Part shown: positions 48,915 through 59,226 of the stretch, piece by piece | Numbering within the stretch: position 1 is the stretch's first letter | Layout: each line of letters opens with the position of its first letter | Assembly: GCA_963771355.1 (NCBI GenBank) | Contig: CAVYTA010000006.1 | Location: forward strand, 1,632,001-1,696,000 | Length of the DNA: 64,000 nucleotides | Direction of reading: 5' to 3' | DNA from: an uncultured Candidatus Rokubacteria bacterium | Lineage (GTDB): Bacteria > Methylomirabilota > Methylomirabilia > Rokubacteriales > CSP1-6 | Notes under the pieces: model-generated | Databases searched by the model: none | What the model saw: the letters and a program-made list of their open reading frames with translations, nothing else | What the model was told of the DNA's origin: nothing | Position numbers and translations under genes: made by a program

Positions 48915-50414
48915 ATGGCGCTTCCGAAGGTAATGGGGATCGAGACCGAGTACGGCATCACCGTCAAGAATCAGCCCGACTTCAACCCGATCCTCTCCTC
49001 GCTCCTGCTGATCAACTCCTACGAAACCTATCGGTCCTCGCGTATCCGCTGGGACTACGAGGCGGAGAGCCCGCTGCGCGATGCGCGCGGCTTCGAGTAC
49101 GCCGAAGACAAGGACGTGCCCTCGAAGGAGGAGTCGCGGCTCATCAACCTGATCCTCTCCAACGGGGCACGGTTCTACGTGGACCACGCTCACCCGGAGT
49201 ACTCCTCGCCGGAGACGACCAACCCGCGGGACTGCGTGATCTGGGACCGGGCCGGGGAGCGCGTCCTCGACCTCGCGCGCACCCGGGCGGAGGCGGTGTC
49301 GCCGCCCGAGCAGCGGATCCTCATCTACAAGAACAACACCGACTCCAAAGGCAACTCCTACGGCACCCACGAGAACTACCTCATGGACCGCAAGGTGCCC
49401 TTCGCCCGCATCGTCCAGCACCTGCTTCCCTTCTTCGTGAGCCGGCAGATCTACTCCGGGGCGGGCAAGGTGGGAGCGGAGAACAACACCGAGCACTGCG
49501 AATTCCAGATGTCACAGCGGGCGGATTTCCTCGAGACCGAGGTGGGGCTGGAGACCATGCACAGCCGGCCCATCATCAACACCCGGGATGAGCCGCACGC
49601 GGATCCCGAGAAGTACCGGCGGCTGCACGTTATCGTGGGCGATGCCAACATGAGCGAGATCTCCACCTACCTCAAGTGCGGCACCCTCGCCCTGGTGCTG
49701 GGGCTCATCGAGGACGACGTCATCGACAAGGATTTCTCGCTCGAGAATCCGGTCCTCAGCTATCGAAATGTCTCGCGCGACCTCTCCTGCCGGGAGACGG
49801 TCAAGCTCAAGGACGGCCGCGAGCTGACTCCGGTGGAGATCCAGTGGGAGTTCTTCGAGCAGGCCCGCCGGCACTACGATCGCAAGGCGGCCGAACCGTG
49901 GGCGGCGGACATCCTCACCCGCTGGGAGTCGATGCTCACGCGCCTGGGCCGTGATCCGATGTCCTGCGACCGGGAGATCGACTGGGTCATCAAGTACCAG
50001 CTCATCGAGCGCTACCGCGCCAAGCACGCGATCTCCTGGTCGGACTCGCGGGTGGCCATGATCGATCTCCAGTACCACGACATCCGGCCCGGCAAGGGGC
50101 TCTTCTACAAACTGGAGGAGTCGGACGCGGTGGACCGGCTGGTCACCGAGGACGAGGTGACGAAGGCCATCTACGACCCGCCCAAGGACACGCGGGCGTA
50201 CTTCCGGGGGATGTGCCTGCAAAAATACTCCGACGAGGTGGTGTCGGCCTCGTGGGACTCGGTGATCTTCGACCTCAAGGAAGGCCCGCTGAAGAAGATC
50301 TTCATGCTCGAGCCGCTTCGCGGCACGGAGGCTCATGTGCGGCAGCTCTTCGCCGACTCGCCCACTGCGGCGGACCTGCTGCGCAACCTCGGCAAACCCT
50401 CCGGCGACGTATGA
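48915..50414 (+). CDS. dop: Pup deamidase/depupylase Dop
   Basis: MGIETEYGI, Dop-loop WDYEAESPLRDARGF, NGARFYVDHAHPEYS and NTRDEPHAD motifs. Confidence 0.95.
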   Translation: MALPKVMGIETEYGITVKNQPDFNPILSSLLLINSYETYRSSRIRWDYEAESPLRDARGFEYAEDKDVPSKEESRLINLILSNGARFYVDHAHPEYSSPETTNPRDCVIWDRAGERVLDLARTRAEAVSPPEQRILIYKNNTDSKGNSYGTHENYLMDRKVPFARIVQHLLPFFVSRQIYSGAGKVGAENNTEHCEFQMSQRADFLETEVGLETMHSRPIINTRDEPHADPEKYRRLHVIVGDANMSEISTYLKCGTLALVLGLIEDDVIDKDFSLENPVLSYRNVSRDLSCRETVKLKDGRELTPVEIQWEFFEQARRHYDRKAAEPWAADILTRWESMLTRLGRDPMSCDREIDWVIKYQLIERYRAKHAISWSDSRVAMIDLQYHDIRPGKGLFYKLEESDAVDRLVTEDEVTKAIYDPPKDTRAYFRGMCLQKYSDEVVSASWDSVIFDLKEGPLKKIFMLEPLRGTEAHVRQLFADSPTAADLLRNLGKPSGDV

Positions 50415-51226
50415 CCCCCGAGCGCTGGCAGGCTGCCTTCTCCAACTACTCGACGTCGAGCTTTTCCGAGTATCTCCGGCACGCCGCTCCGCACCTGCTC
50501 CCGGCCACCGAGCCCGCCGGCCGGCCGGCCGCGTCCGACAGCCAGGCGGCTGGGGTGCCGCACGGCACCACCGTCCTCGCCCTGCGCTACCGCGACGGCG
50601 TGGTCATGGCGGGCGATCGCCAGGCGAGCGAGGGCTACCAGGTGGCCCACCGGCGTATCGAGAAGCTGTTCAAGTCGGACGACCTGTCCGCGGTGGGAAT
50701 CGCGGGCGCCGCCGGCCCTGCCATGGAGATGGCGCGCCTGTTCCAGACCGAGCTGGAGCACTACGAGAAGGTGGAGGGCGAGAACCTCTCCCTCGACGGC
50801 AAGGCCAACCGGCTGGGCGCGATGATCCGCGCCAATTTGCCCATGGCCATGCAGGGCCTGGTGGTCGTCCCCATCTTCGCCGGCTTCGACGAGCGCGCGG
50901 GGGTGGGCCGCCTGTTCAAGTACGACGTCACCGGAGGGCGGTACGAGGAGACGGACTACTTCGCCCAGGGCTCCGGCGGGAAAGACGCGCGCGACTCGTT
51001 GAAGAAGCGCTTCCGCCGGGACATGAGCCGGGACGAGGCGGTGCAAGCGGCGCTGGAGGCCCTCCTCGACGCCGCCGACGAAGACCTCGGCACCGGGGGG
51101 CCCGACTTCCACCGGGGCATCTTCCCCACCGTCAAGACCATCAGCCGCTCCGGGATCACCGACCTGGCGGACGACGACGTCCGTCGGTATCTCGAGGCGA
51201 TTCTCTCCGACCGGGGACGCAACTGA
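50411..51226 (+). CDS. prcB: 20S proteasome beta subunit
   Basis: Propeptide ending HG|TTVLAL (catalytic Thr1), plus AGDR and GSGG motifs. Confidence 0.96.
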   Translation: MTPERWQAAFSNYSTSSFSEYLRHAAPHLLPATEPAGRPAASDSQAAGVPHGTTVLALRYRDGVVMAGDRQASEGYQVAHRRIEKLFKSDDLSAVGIAGAAGPAMEMARLFQTELEHYEKVEGENLSLDGKANRLGAMIRANLPMAMQGLVVVPIFAGFDERAGVGRLFKYDVTGGRYEETDYFAQGSGGKDARDSLKKRFRRDMSRDEAVQAALEALLDAADEDLGTGGPDFHRGIFPTVKTISRSGITDLADDDVRRYLEAILSDRGRN

Positions 51227-51330
51227 TGCCGCTGCCCTACTACGTGTCCCCCGAGCAGATGTGGCAGGGCGAGGCGCAGCCGCAGGCGAGCCGAGCGAAC
51301 CGTGAAGATGCGGCCGGAGGTCCGGCCTGA
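51226..51330 (+). CDS. 34-aa mini-ORF duplicating the PrcA N-terminus (MPLPYYVSPEQMWQGEAQPQASRANREDAAGGPA)
   Basis: TGATG overlap with the prcB stop and with the prcA start. The first 12 codons encode the same residues as PrcA. Confidence 0.55.
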   Translation: MPLPYYVSPEQMWQGEAQPQASRANREDAAGGPA

Positions 51331-52022
51331 TGCCGCTGCCGTATTACGTTTCGCCCGAGCAGATGATGAAGGACAAGGCGGAGTATGCCCGCAAGGGCAT
51401 CTCCCGCGGGAAGGCCATCGTCGCCATCGAGTACCGCGACGGCATCCTCCTGGTGGCAGAAAATCCCTCCACCCTGCTCCACAAGATCTCGGAGATCTAC
51501 GACCGCATCGCCTTCGCCGGCGTAGGCAAGTACAACGAGTTCGAGAACCTCCGGGTGGCGGGGGTGCGGCACGCCGACGTCAAGGGTTACTCCTACTCGC
51601 GCGGCGACGTGAGCGCCAAGTCCCTCGCCAACGCCTATTCCCAGGGGCTCGGCAACATCTTCACCCAGGACATCAAGCCCTTCGAGGTGGAGGTGCTGGT
51701 GTGCGAGGTGGGGGACGGCGACGCCGGCAAGAACGAGATCTACCACATCCTCTACGACGGCACCATCGAGGACGAGAAGAACTATGCCGCCATGGGTGGC
51801 CAGTCGGACGAGATCCGCCGCTATCTGAAGGAGAATTTCAAAGAGGGCCTCGACCTCTCTGCCGCCATCCAGCTCGGAGTGCAGGCCCTCATGGTCACCC
51901 AGAACAAGAGCCTCACCGAGCGCGACCTCGAGGTCGCGGTCCTCGACCGCACCAAGGAGCGCCGGAAGTTCCGCCGCATTCCGGCCGAGGTGCTGCATCA
52001 GCTGCTCACCCCGGGCGCCTGA
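51330..52022 (+). CDS. prcA: 20S proteasome alpha subunit
   Basis: PYYVSPEQMMKDKAEYARKGISRG, KISEIYDRI and LEVAVLDR motifs. Confidence 0.96.
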   Translation: MPLPYYVSPEQMMKDKAEYARKGISRGKAIVAIEYRDGILLVAENPSTLLHKISEIYDRIAFAGVGKYNEFENLRVAGVRHADVKGYSYSRGDVSAKSLANAYSQGLGNIFTQDIKPFEVEVLVCEVGDGDAGKNEIYHILYDGTIEDEKNYAAMGGQSDEIRRYLKENFKEGLDLSAAIQLGVQALMVTQNKSLTERDLEVAVLDRTKERRKFRRIPAEVLHQLLTPGA

Positions 52023-52041
52023 GCGGAGCACCGCGCGATTC

Positions 52042-52070
52042 TTGCGTCATGACCCCTCGCCTGCTACCCT
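52042..52070 (+). promoter_or_regulatory. Internal sigma70-type promoter for pafA
   Basis: TTGCGT - 17 bp - (TGc)TACCCT, ending 9 nt before the ATG. Confidence 0.45.
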
Positions 52071-52079
52071 GAGGCCCAC

Positions 52080-53435
52080 ATGAAGCGCCGGATCTTCGGG
52101 ATGGAGAACGAATACGGCTTGACCTGCACCCTCAACGGTCAGCGCCGGCTCTCGCCCGACAACGTCGCCCGCTACCTCTTCGAGAAGGTCATTCCCGGCG
52201 CCCGCAACGCCAACGTCTTCCTCGAGAACGGGGCCCGCCTGTACCTCGACACCGGCTTCCACCCGGAGTACGCCACCCCCGAGTGCGACGACATCGTCGA
52301 GCTGGTGACCCACGACAAGGCGGGCGAGCGGATCGTCGAGGACCTCCTCCATCAGGCGGAGAAGCGGCTGCGCGAGGACGGGATCTCCGGCAACATCCTC
52401 CTCTTCAAGAACAACACCGATTCCGCCGGCAACTCCTATGGCTGCCACGAGAACTACCTGGTGAGCCGCGACGTGTCGTTCCAGCGGCTGGCCGAGGGGC
52501 TCATCCCCTTCTTCGTGACCCGCCAGATCTTCGCCGGCGCGGGCAAGGTGCTCCAGACGCCGCGGGGCTTCCACTACTGCCTGTCGCAGCGCGCCCAGCA
52601 CATCTGCCAGGAGATCTCCGGCGCCACCACCTCCTCGCGCTCCATCATCAACACGCGCGACGAGCCGCACGCGGACGCCGAGAAGTACCGCCGCCTGCAC
52701 GTCATCGTGGGCGACTCCAACATGTCCGAGGTGGCGACCTACCTCAAGGTGGGCACCACCGCCCTCATCCTGGACATGATCGAGGATGGCCACTTCGACA
52801 AGGACTACAGCCTCCAGTCCCCCGTCCAGGCCATCCGGGACATCAGCCACGACGCCACTCTGCGGGAAACGGTACGGCTCAAGGACGGGCGCTCCATCAC
52901 CGCCCTCGATCTCCAGACCGAGTACCTGGAGGCCGCCACCCGCTACGTGGCCGCCATCGACGCCGATCCGGTCACCCGCGACGTGCTCGCGCGCTGGACC
53001 ACGGTCATCGAGGCCCTGCACACCGACCCCATGAAGCTCGAGCGGGACGTGGACTGGGTCATCAAGTACAAGATGATCGACGCCTACATGACCAAGCACC
53101 GGCTCTCCTGGCGCGACCCCAAGGTGTCCCTGATGGACCTGCAGTACCACGACATCCGTCCGGATCACGGCCTGTACTTCCGCCTCCTGCAGCGGGACTT
53201 CATCGACCGCATCACCACCGATGAGGAGATCGAGCGCGCCAAGCACCTGCCGCCCCAGACCACGCGCGCGCGGCTCCGCGGCGAGTTCATCCGCCAGGCC
53301 AACCTCAAGGGGAAGGACTATCGCGTGGACTGGGTCTACCTCAAGCTCAACGACCCAGAGCGCGAGACCATCCTCTGCAAGGATCCGTTCCAGAGCCACG
53401 ACGAGCGGGTGGAGCGGCTGATCCGCTCCTTCTAG
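52080..53435 (+). CDS. pafA: Pup-protein ligase PafA
   Basis: [45 protein letters not shown] and KDPF motifs. Confidence 0.95.
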   Translation: MKRRIFGMENEYGLTCTLNGQRRLSPDNVARYLFEKVIPGARNANVFLENGARLYLDTGFHPEYATPECDDIVELVTHDKAGERIVEDLLHQAEKRLREDGISGNILLFKNNTDSAGNSYGCHENYLVSRDVSFQRLAEGLIPFFVTRQIFAGAGKVLQTPRGFHYCLSQRAQHICQEISGATTSSRSIINTRDEPHADAEKYRRLHVIVGDSNMSEVATYLKVGTTALILDMIEDGHFDKDYSLQSPVQAIRDISHDATLRETVRLKDGRSITALDLQTEYLEAATRYVAAIDADPVTRDVLARWTTVIEALHTDPMKLERDVDWVIKYKMIDAYMTKHRLSWRDPKVSLMDLQYHDIRPDHGLYFRLLQRDFIDRITTDEEIERAKHLPPQTTRARLRGEFIRQANLKGKDYRVDWVYLKLNDPERETILCKDPFQSHDERVERLIRSF

Positions 53436-53497
53436 CCGGCGTCGCGCGCGAGTCGGGCGCGCCGTGCGTGACCGTGTCCTGGCGGTACAATAGAAGC

Positions 53498-55714
53498 GTG
53501 AGCCTCCCGCCCGCCACCGTCCGTACACTCGTCACCGGGGAGCACGGTGACCCCTTCGCAGTGCTTGGTCCCCACGCAGATGCGGACGGGAGTCTCGTGA
53601 TCCGCGCCCTCCTTCCCGACGCCGGGAGCGTGCAGGTGATCCCGCGCGAGGTCGCCGAGCCGGTCCCGCTGCGGCGCCTGCACCCCCACGGCCTCTGGGA
53701 GGGGCGAGTTTCCGTGCCCGCGGGAACGGCGCCCGCCTCATTCGTCTACCAGCTCCGCGTCACCGATTCCGCCGGGCACGCCGTCGACGTCGAGGATCCC
53801 TATCGCTTCCCGCCCAGCCTGACCGATCTCGATCTCCACCTCCTGGGCGAGGGCACCCATTACCGCCTCTACGACAAGCTGGGCGCCCATCCGGCGCGAG
53901 TGTCCGGCGTGGACGGCTACCGGTTCGCGGTGTGGGCTCCCAATGCGCGCCGGGTGAGCGTGGTCGGGGACTGGAACAGCTGGGACGGCCGGCGTCACCC
54001 CATGCGCCTCCACCCCGCGAACGGCATCTGGGAGCTCTTCGTCCCCGGCGTGGGTGACCAGGTCCGCTACAAGTTCGAGATCCTCTCCGCCTCCGGCGCC
54101 CCCCTCGCGCTCAAGGCCGATCCCTTCGCTTTTGCCTTCGAGCCCGACACGCCGCGCACCGCCGCCGTCACCTGTCCCCTGGACCGCCGCGCCTGGGGCG
54201 ATCAGGCATGGATGGCCGAGCGCGGCCGGCGCCATGCGCTGGGCGAGCCGCTCAGCATCTACGAGGTGCATCTGGGATCGTGGCAGCGCGTGCCGGAAGA
54301 GGGCAATCGCTTTCTCAGCTATCGCGAGCTCGCTCCCCGCCTCGCCGACCACGTGACCGCGCTGGGCTTCACCCACGTCGAGCTGCTCCCGGTGATGGAG
54401 CATCCTTTCTATGGCTCCTGGGGCTATCAGACCATCGGCTACTACGCGCCGACGCGGCGCTACGGCGAGCCCGACGACTTCATGGCCTTCGTGGACCACC
54501 TGCATCAGCGGGGGATCGGCGTCATCCTCGACTGGGTGCCCGCGCATTTCCCCCAGGACCCGCACGGGCTCGCGTACTTCGACGGCACTCACCTCTACGA
54601 GCACGCGGACCCGCGGATGCGCGAGCACCCCGACTGGGGCACGCGCGTCTTCAACTATGGCCGCACCGAGGTGGCCAACTTCCTCCTCGGCAATGCGCTG
54701 TTCTGGCTCGACCGCTACCACCTGGACGGGCTCCGCGTGGACGCGGTGGCGTCCATGCTCTACCTGGACTACTCGCGCAAGCCCGGCGAGTGGATCCCCA
54801 ACGTCCACGGCGGGCGCGAGAACCTCGAAGCAATCGCCTTCGTCAAGCGGCTCAACGAGGTGGTGTACGGAGCGCATCCGGACGTGCTCACGGTGGCGGA
54901 GGAGTCCACCTCCTGGCCGCAGGTCTCGCGCCCCGTCTACCTCGGCGGCCTCGGCTTCGGGCTCAAGTGGAACATGGGCTGGATGCACGACATGCTCGAG
55001 TACTTCCGCCACGAGCCGGTGCACCGCAAATTCCACCACAACCAGCTCACCTTCGGCATGCTCTACGCGTGGTCGGAGAACTTCGTCCTGCCGCTCTCCC
55101 ACGACGAGGTGGTCCACGGCAAGGGCTCGCTCATCGGCAAGATGCCGGGCGACGAGTGGCAGCGCTTCGCCAACCTGAGATTGCTCTACGGGTTCATGTG
55201 GGCCTATCCGGGGAAGAAGCTGCTCTTCATGGGCGGCGAGCTCGGCCAGCCCGCGGAGTGGAATCACGACCGCAGCCTGGACTGGCACCTCCTCGAAGCG
55301 GGGCCCTATCATCGCGGCCTCCAGCGGCTGGTCGCCGACCTCAACCGGCTCTACCGAGGCGAGCCCGCGCTACACGAGGGGGACGCCGATCCCGCGGGCT
55401 TCCGCTGGATGGATTGCTCGGACTCCGACCAGAGCGTGGTGGCGTTTTGCCGCTTCGCGCGGGAGGAGCGGGGCGTCGTCCTCTGCGCCGCCAATTTCAC
55501 GCCCGTCGTCCGCGAGCGGTATCGGATCGGCGTGCCGCGCGCGGGCTACTACGTCGAGGCGGTCAATACCGATAGCGAGCACTACGGCGGGAGCAATGTC
55601 GGGAATGGCCCGGGCGTGCACAGCGAGCCCGTCCCCTGCCACGGCCAGCCCTGGTCGGTGAGCCTGACCCTTCCGCCCCTGGGTGCCCTCCTGCTCCGCT
55701 GGGCGGGTCCCTGA
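53498..55714 (+). CDS. glgB: 1,4-alpha-glucan branching enzyme
   Basis: [27 protein letters not shown] and [10 protein letters not shown] motifs. Confidence 0.97.
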   Translation: MSLPPATVRTLVTGEHGDPFAVLGPHADADGSLVIRALLPDAGSVQVIPREVAEPVPLRRLHPHGLWEGRVSVPAGTAPASFVYQLRVTDSAGHAVDVEDPYRFPPSLTDLDLHLLGEGTHYRLYDKLGAHPARVSGVDGYRFAVWAPNARRVSVVGDWNSWDGRRHPMRLHPANGIWELFVPGVGDQVRYKFEILSASGAPLALKADPFAFAFEPDTPRTAAVTCPLDRRAWGDQAWMAERGRRHALGEPLSIYEVHLGSWQRVPEEGNRFLSYRELAPRLADHVTALGFTHVELLPVMEHPFYGSWGYQTIGYYAPTRRYGEPDDFMAFVDHLHQRGIGVILDWVPAHFPQDPHGLAYFDGTHLYEHADPRMREHPDWGTRVFNYGRTEVANFLLGNALFWLDRYHLDGLRVDAVASMLYLDYSRKPGEWIPNVHGGRENLEAIAFVKRLNEVVYGAHPDVLTVAEESTSWPQVSRPVYLGGLGFGLKWNMGWMHDMLEYFRHEPVHRKFHHNQLTFGMLYAWSENFVLPLSHDEVVHGKGSLIGKMPGDEWQRFANLRLLYGFMWAYPGKKLLFMGGELGQPAEWNHDRSLDWHLLEAGPYHRGLQRLVADLNRLYRGEPALHEGDADPAGFRWMDCSDSDQSVVAFCRFAREERGVVLCAANFTPVVRERYRIGVPRAGYYVEAVNTDSEHYGGSNVGNGPGVHSEPVPCHGQPWSVSLTLPPLGALLLRWAGP

Positions 55715-55718
55715 GGCG

Positions 55719-57869
55719 ATGGCGCCCCCTGCGCTGCGCGTCCGCCCCGGCACCCCGTATCCTCTCGGCGCCACCCCCGACGGCGAGGGCACGAACTTCG
55801 CCCTCTTCAGCGAGCATGCCACCGCGGTCGAGCTCTGCCTTTTCGACCCCGCCGAGCCCAGCCGCGAGATCGCGCGGCTGGCCGTCGAGGAGCGCACCGA
55901 CCAGGTCTGGCATGTCCACGTGTCCGGTCTCCGTCCCGGCGCCTTCTACGGTTATCGCGTGCACGGCCCCTACGCGCCCGCCGCCGGCCACCGGTTCAAT
56001 CCGGCCAAGCTGCTCCTCGACCCCTATGCGCGCGCCCTCGCAGGCAGCGTGGCGTGGGACGACGCCCTCCTGGGCTACCGGGCCGGCGACCCCGCCGGCG
56101 ACACCGCGCCGGACGGGCGGGACAGCGCCCCGTTCGTGCCGAAGAGCGTGGTGATCGACCCCGCCTTCGACTGGCAGGGCGACCGCCGGCCCGGCACGCC
56201 CTGGCACCGCACCGTGATCTACGAGGCCCACGTGAAGGGAATGACGGCGCGACACCCGGACGTGCCGGCGGCCCTTCGAGGCACCTATGCGGGCCTCGCC
56301 GCGCCTCCCGTGCTCGACCACCTGCGCGGGCTCGGCGTCACCGCGGTCGAGCTCCTGCCCGTGCATCACGCGGTGCCCGAGCGGGCCCTCGCCGCGCGCG
56401 GGCTCACCAACTACTGGGGTTACAACTCCATCGGCTACTTCGCCCCCGACGCGCGCTTCGCCTCCGGCGGCGTGCGCGGGGGGCAGGTCGCTGAGTTCAA
56501 GTCCATGGTGCGCGCGCTTCACGGGGCCGGCCTCGAGGTCATCCTGGACGTGGTCTACAATCACACCGCCGAGGGGAGCCATCGCGGCCCCACGCTTGCC
56601 TTCCGCGGCATCGACAACCACGCCTACTACCGGCTCGATCCCGCGCATCCCGGTCGCTACATGGACTACACCGGCTGCGGCAACACACTCAACACGGTGC
56701 ACCCGCGCACGCTCCAGCTCGTGCTGGACAGTCTGCGCTACTGGGTGCGGGACATGCACGTGGACGGCTTCCGCTTCGACCTCGCCACCGCGCTGGCCCG
56801 CCGGCCGCACGCCTTCGACCGGTTCTCGGCGTTCTTCGCGGCCATCCAGGCGGATCCCGTGATCTCCCAGGTCAAGCTCATCGCCGAGCCCTGGGACCCC
56901 GGGGAGGGCGGCTACCAGGTGGGGAATTTCCCGCCCGGATGGGCGGAGTGGAACGGCCGGTACCGCGACACGTTGCGGCGCTTTTGGCGGGGCGACTCCG
57001 GAGTAATGGGGGAGCTCGGCTCCCGGCTCACCGGGTCGAGGGACCTCTACGACAAGGACGGGCGGCTCCCCTACGCCAGCGTGAACTTCGTCACCGTCCA
57101 CGACGGCTTCACCCTCGCCGACCTGGTGGCTTACGAGCACAAGCGCAACGCCGCGAACGGCGAGGACAACCGGGACGGCACCGACGCCAATTTCTCCTGG
57201 AACAGCGGGGCGGAAGGACCGAGCGACGATCCGGCCATCCAGGCCCGGCGCGAGCGGCAGGCGCGCAACTTCCTCGCCTCCCTGCTCCTGTCGCAGGGCG
57301 TGCCCATGCTCTCGCACGGTGACGAGTCGGGGCGCTCCCAGGAGGGCAACAACAACGCCTACTGCCACGACGGGCCGCTCACCTGGCTCGCCTGGCCCCC
57401 CCCGGACGCCGCCCGGCTCGACTTCACACGCCGGCTCATCGCGCTCCGTCTGGCCGAGCCCGTCTTCCACCGGCGGCGCTTCTTCCAGGGCCAGGAGCGG
57501 CCGGGCGCCGCCGGGAAGGACCTCGTCTGGCTGCGTCCCGACGGCAAGGAGATGGCCGACGAGGACTGGAACGACCCGGCGGCGCGGGCGCTCGGCCTCC
57601 GCCTGGCCGGCGACGCCATCGCGGAGCCGGACGAGCGGGGCGACCCGGTGTCGGGCGCTACTTTCATGCTGCTCTTCAACTCGCAAGACGCGCCGGTGCC
57701 GTTCATCCTGCCCGTCCCCCCGGACGGCGGCCGCTGGCAGCTCGTGCTCGATACCCGTGACTGGTCTCCGCCCGCCGCCTCGGCCCCCATTGCCGGCGGC
57801 GAAGCGTATGCGCTGGAGAGTCGCTCGCTCGCCGTCCTTCGACTGGAGCGAGAAGGAGAGTCACCGTGA
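55719..57869 (+). CDS. glgX: Glycogen debranching enzyme
   Basis: NYWGYN, DVVYNHTAEG, DGFRFDLA, IAEPWD and HDGFTL motifs. Confidence 0.97.
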   Translation: MAPPALRVRPGTPYPLGATPDGEGTNFALFSEHATAVELCLFDPAEPSREIARLAVEERTDQVWHVHVSGLRPGAFYGYRVHGPYAPAAGHRFNPAKLLLDPYARALAGSVAWDDALLGYRAGDPAGDTAPDGRDSAPFVPKSVVIDPAFDWQGDRRPGTPWHRTVIYEAHVKGMTARHPDVPAALRGTYAGLAAPPVLDHLRGLGVTAVELLPVHHAVPERALAARGLTNYWGYNSIGYFAPDARFASGGVRGGQVAEFKSMVRALHGAGLEVILDVVYNHTAEGSHRGPTLAFRGIDNHAYYRLDPAHPGRYMDYTGCGNTLNTVHPRTLQLVLDSLRYWVRDMHVDGFRFDLATALARRPHAFDRFSAFFAAIQADPVISQVKLIAEPWDPGEGGYQVGNFPPGWAEWNGRYRDTLRRFWRGDSGVMGELGSRLTGSRDLYDKDGRLPYASVNFVTVHDGFTLADLVAYEHKRNAANGEDNRDGTDANFSWNSGAEGPSDDPAIQARRERQARNFLASLLLSQGVPMLSHGDESGRSQEGNNNAYCHDGPLTWLAWPPPDAARLDFTRRLIALRLAEPVFHRRRFFQGQERPGAAGKDLVWLRPDGKEMADEDWNDPAARALGLRLAGDAIAEPDERGDPVSGATFMLLFNSQDAPVPFILPVPPDGGRWQLVLDTRDWSPPAASAPIAGGEAYALESRSLAVLRLEREGESP

Positions 57870-59128
57870 CCCACATCGACGAATTCGAGTCCGATCTCCA
57901 TCGGACCGTCCTGTCCCAGCTCGACCGCGTCGCCGGGCTGCTGAACCTCGATCCGGACATCCACGTCCGGCTCCGCGCCCCCCGGCGCGCCCTGGTCGTG
58001 TCGATCCCCGTCCGCATGGATACTGGACGCACCCAGGTGTTCACCGGGTACCGGGTCCATCACTCCACCGTCCTGGGTCCCACCAAGGGCGGGCTCCGCT
58101 ACGACGAGGACGTCAGCCTCGGCGAGGTGTCCGCGCTGGCCATGCTCATGAGCTGGAAGTGCGCGCTCATGGGGCTCCCTTACGGCGGGGCCAAGGGCGG
58201 GGTCCGGTGCAATCCGCGAGCGATGTCGCTGGCCGAGCGCGAGAGCCTCACGCGGCGCTATACCGCCGAGATCATCCTCATGATCGGCCCCGACCTCGAC
58301 ATCCCTGCCCCCGACCTTGGCACCGACGAGCAGACCATGGCGTGGATGATGGACACGTACTCCATGACCCAGGGCAAGAGCGTTCCGGGCGTGGTGACGG
58401 GCAAGCCGCTGATCGTGGGCGGGTCGGCCGGCCGGCGGGAGGCCACCGGGCGCGGCATCGTCTATTGCCTCTATCAGGCCGCCCGCCACATGGGACAGGA
58501 GCTACGCGGCAAGACGGTGGTGGTCCAGGGCTTCGGCAATGTGGGCGGGGTGGCAGCGCGGCTCCTGTGGCGGGACGGCGCGGTGGTGACGGGAGTGAGC
58601 GACGTCAAGGGCGCGATCTGGAATCCCAATGGCTTCGACATCCGGCAGCTCGAGGCCCACATCGCCGAGACCGGCAGTGTGGTGGGCTTCCCCGACGCGG
58701 AGCGCCTCGACAACGCGGAGCTGCTCGAGCGCCCCTGCGACATCCTCATCCCCGCTGCCGTCGGCTCCCAGATCCATGCCGGCAATGCCGACCGTATTCG
58801 CGCCCACGTCGTCGCCGAGGGCGCGAACGGGCCCACCACCCCGGAGGCCGACGTCATCCTCCGCGACCGCGGGATCATCGTGATCCCCGACATCCTGTGC
58901 AATGCGGGGGGTGTGGTCGTCTCCTACTTCGAGTGGGTGCAGGGCCTCCAGTACTATTTCTGGAAGGAGAGCGAGATCACCGCGCGACTGCAGGAGGTGA
59001 TGGCCCGCGCCTTCAACCGCGTCTGGAACCTCGGCCAGAAGGAAGGTACCGATCTCCGCACCGCCGCGCTGATGGAAGGGGTCCAGCGCGTGGCCGAGGG
59101 CTACCGGGTCCGCGGCCTCTATCCCTGA
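57866..59128 (+). CDS. gdhA: Glu/Leu/Phe/Val (glutamate) dehydrogenase
   Basis: GPTKGGLRY, GGAKGG, DIPAPD, QGFGNVG and EGANGPTT motifs. Confidence 0.92.
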   Translation: MTHIDEFESDLHRTVLSQLDRVAGLLNLDPDIHVRLRAPRRALVVSIPVRMDTGRTQVFTGYRVHHSTVLGPTKGGLRYDEDVSLGEVSALAMLMSWKCALMGLPYGGAKGGVRCNPRAMSLAERESLTRRYTAEIILMIGPDLDIPAPDLGTDEQTMAWMMDTYSMTQGKSVPGVVTGKPLIVGGSAGRREATGRGIVYCLYQAARHMGQELRGKTVVVQGFGNVGGVAARLLWRDGAVVTGVSDVKGAIWNPNGFDIRQLEAHIAETGSVVGFPDAERLDNAELLERPCDILIPAAVGSQIHAGNADRIRAHVVAEGANGPTTPEADVILRDRGIIVIPDILCNAGGVVVSYFEWVQGLQYYFWKESEITARLQEVMARAFNRVWNLGQKEGTDLRTAALMEGVQRVAEGYRVRGLYP

Positions 59129-59226
59129 CCCGGCCCGCCGCCCGCCTCGCGCCGCTGCGGGCTCGGTGCCGCATCCTCGCCAGCCGGTTGAGCGACCGCC
59201 GCGTGGTAAGGTAACTTCAGGGTCTC

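Noticed and set aside
51226..51330. Mini-ORF ending AAGGPA as a Pup substitute
   Set aside because: It lacks the terminal Glu/Gln needed by PafA/Dop and the acidic Pup helix.
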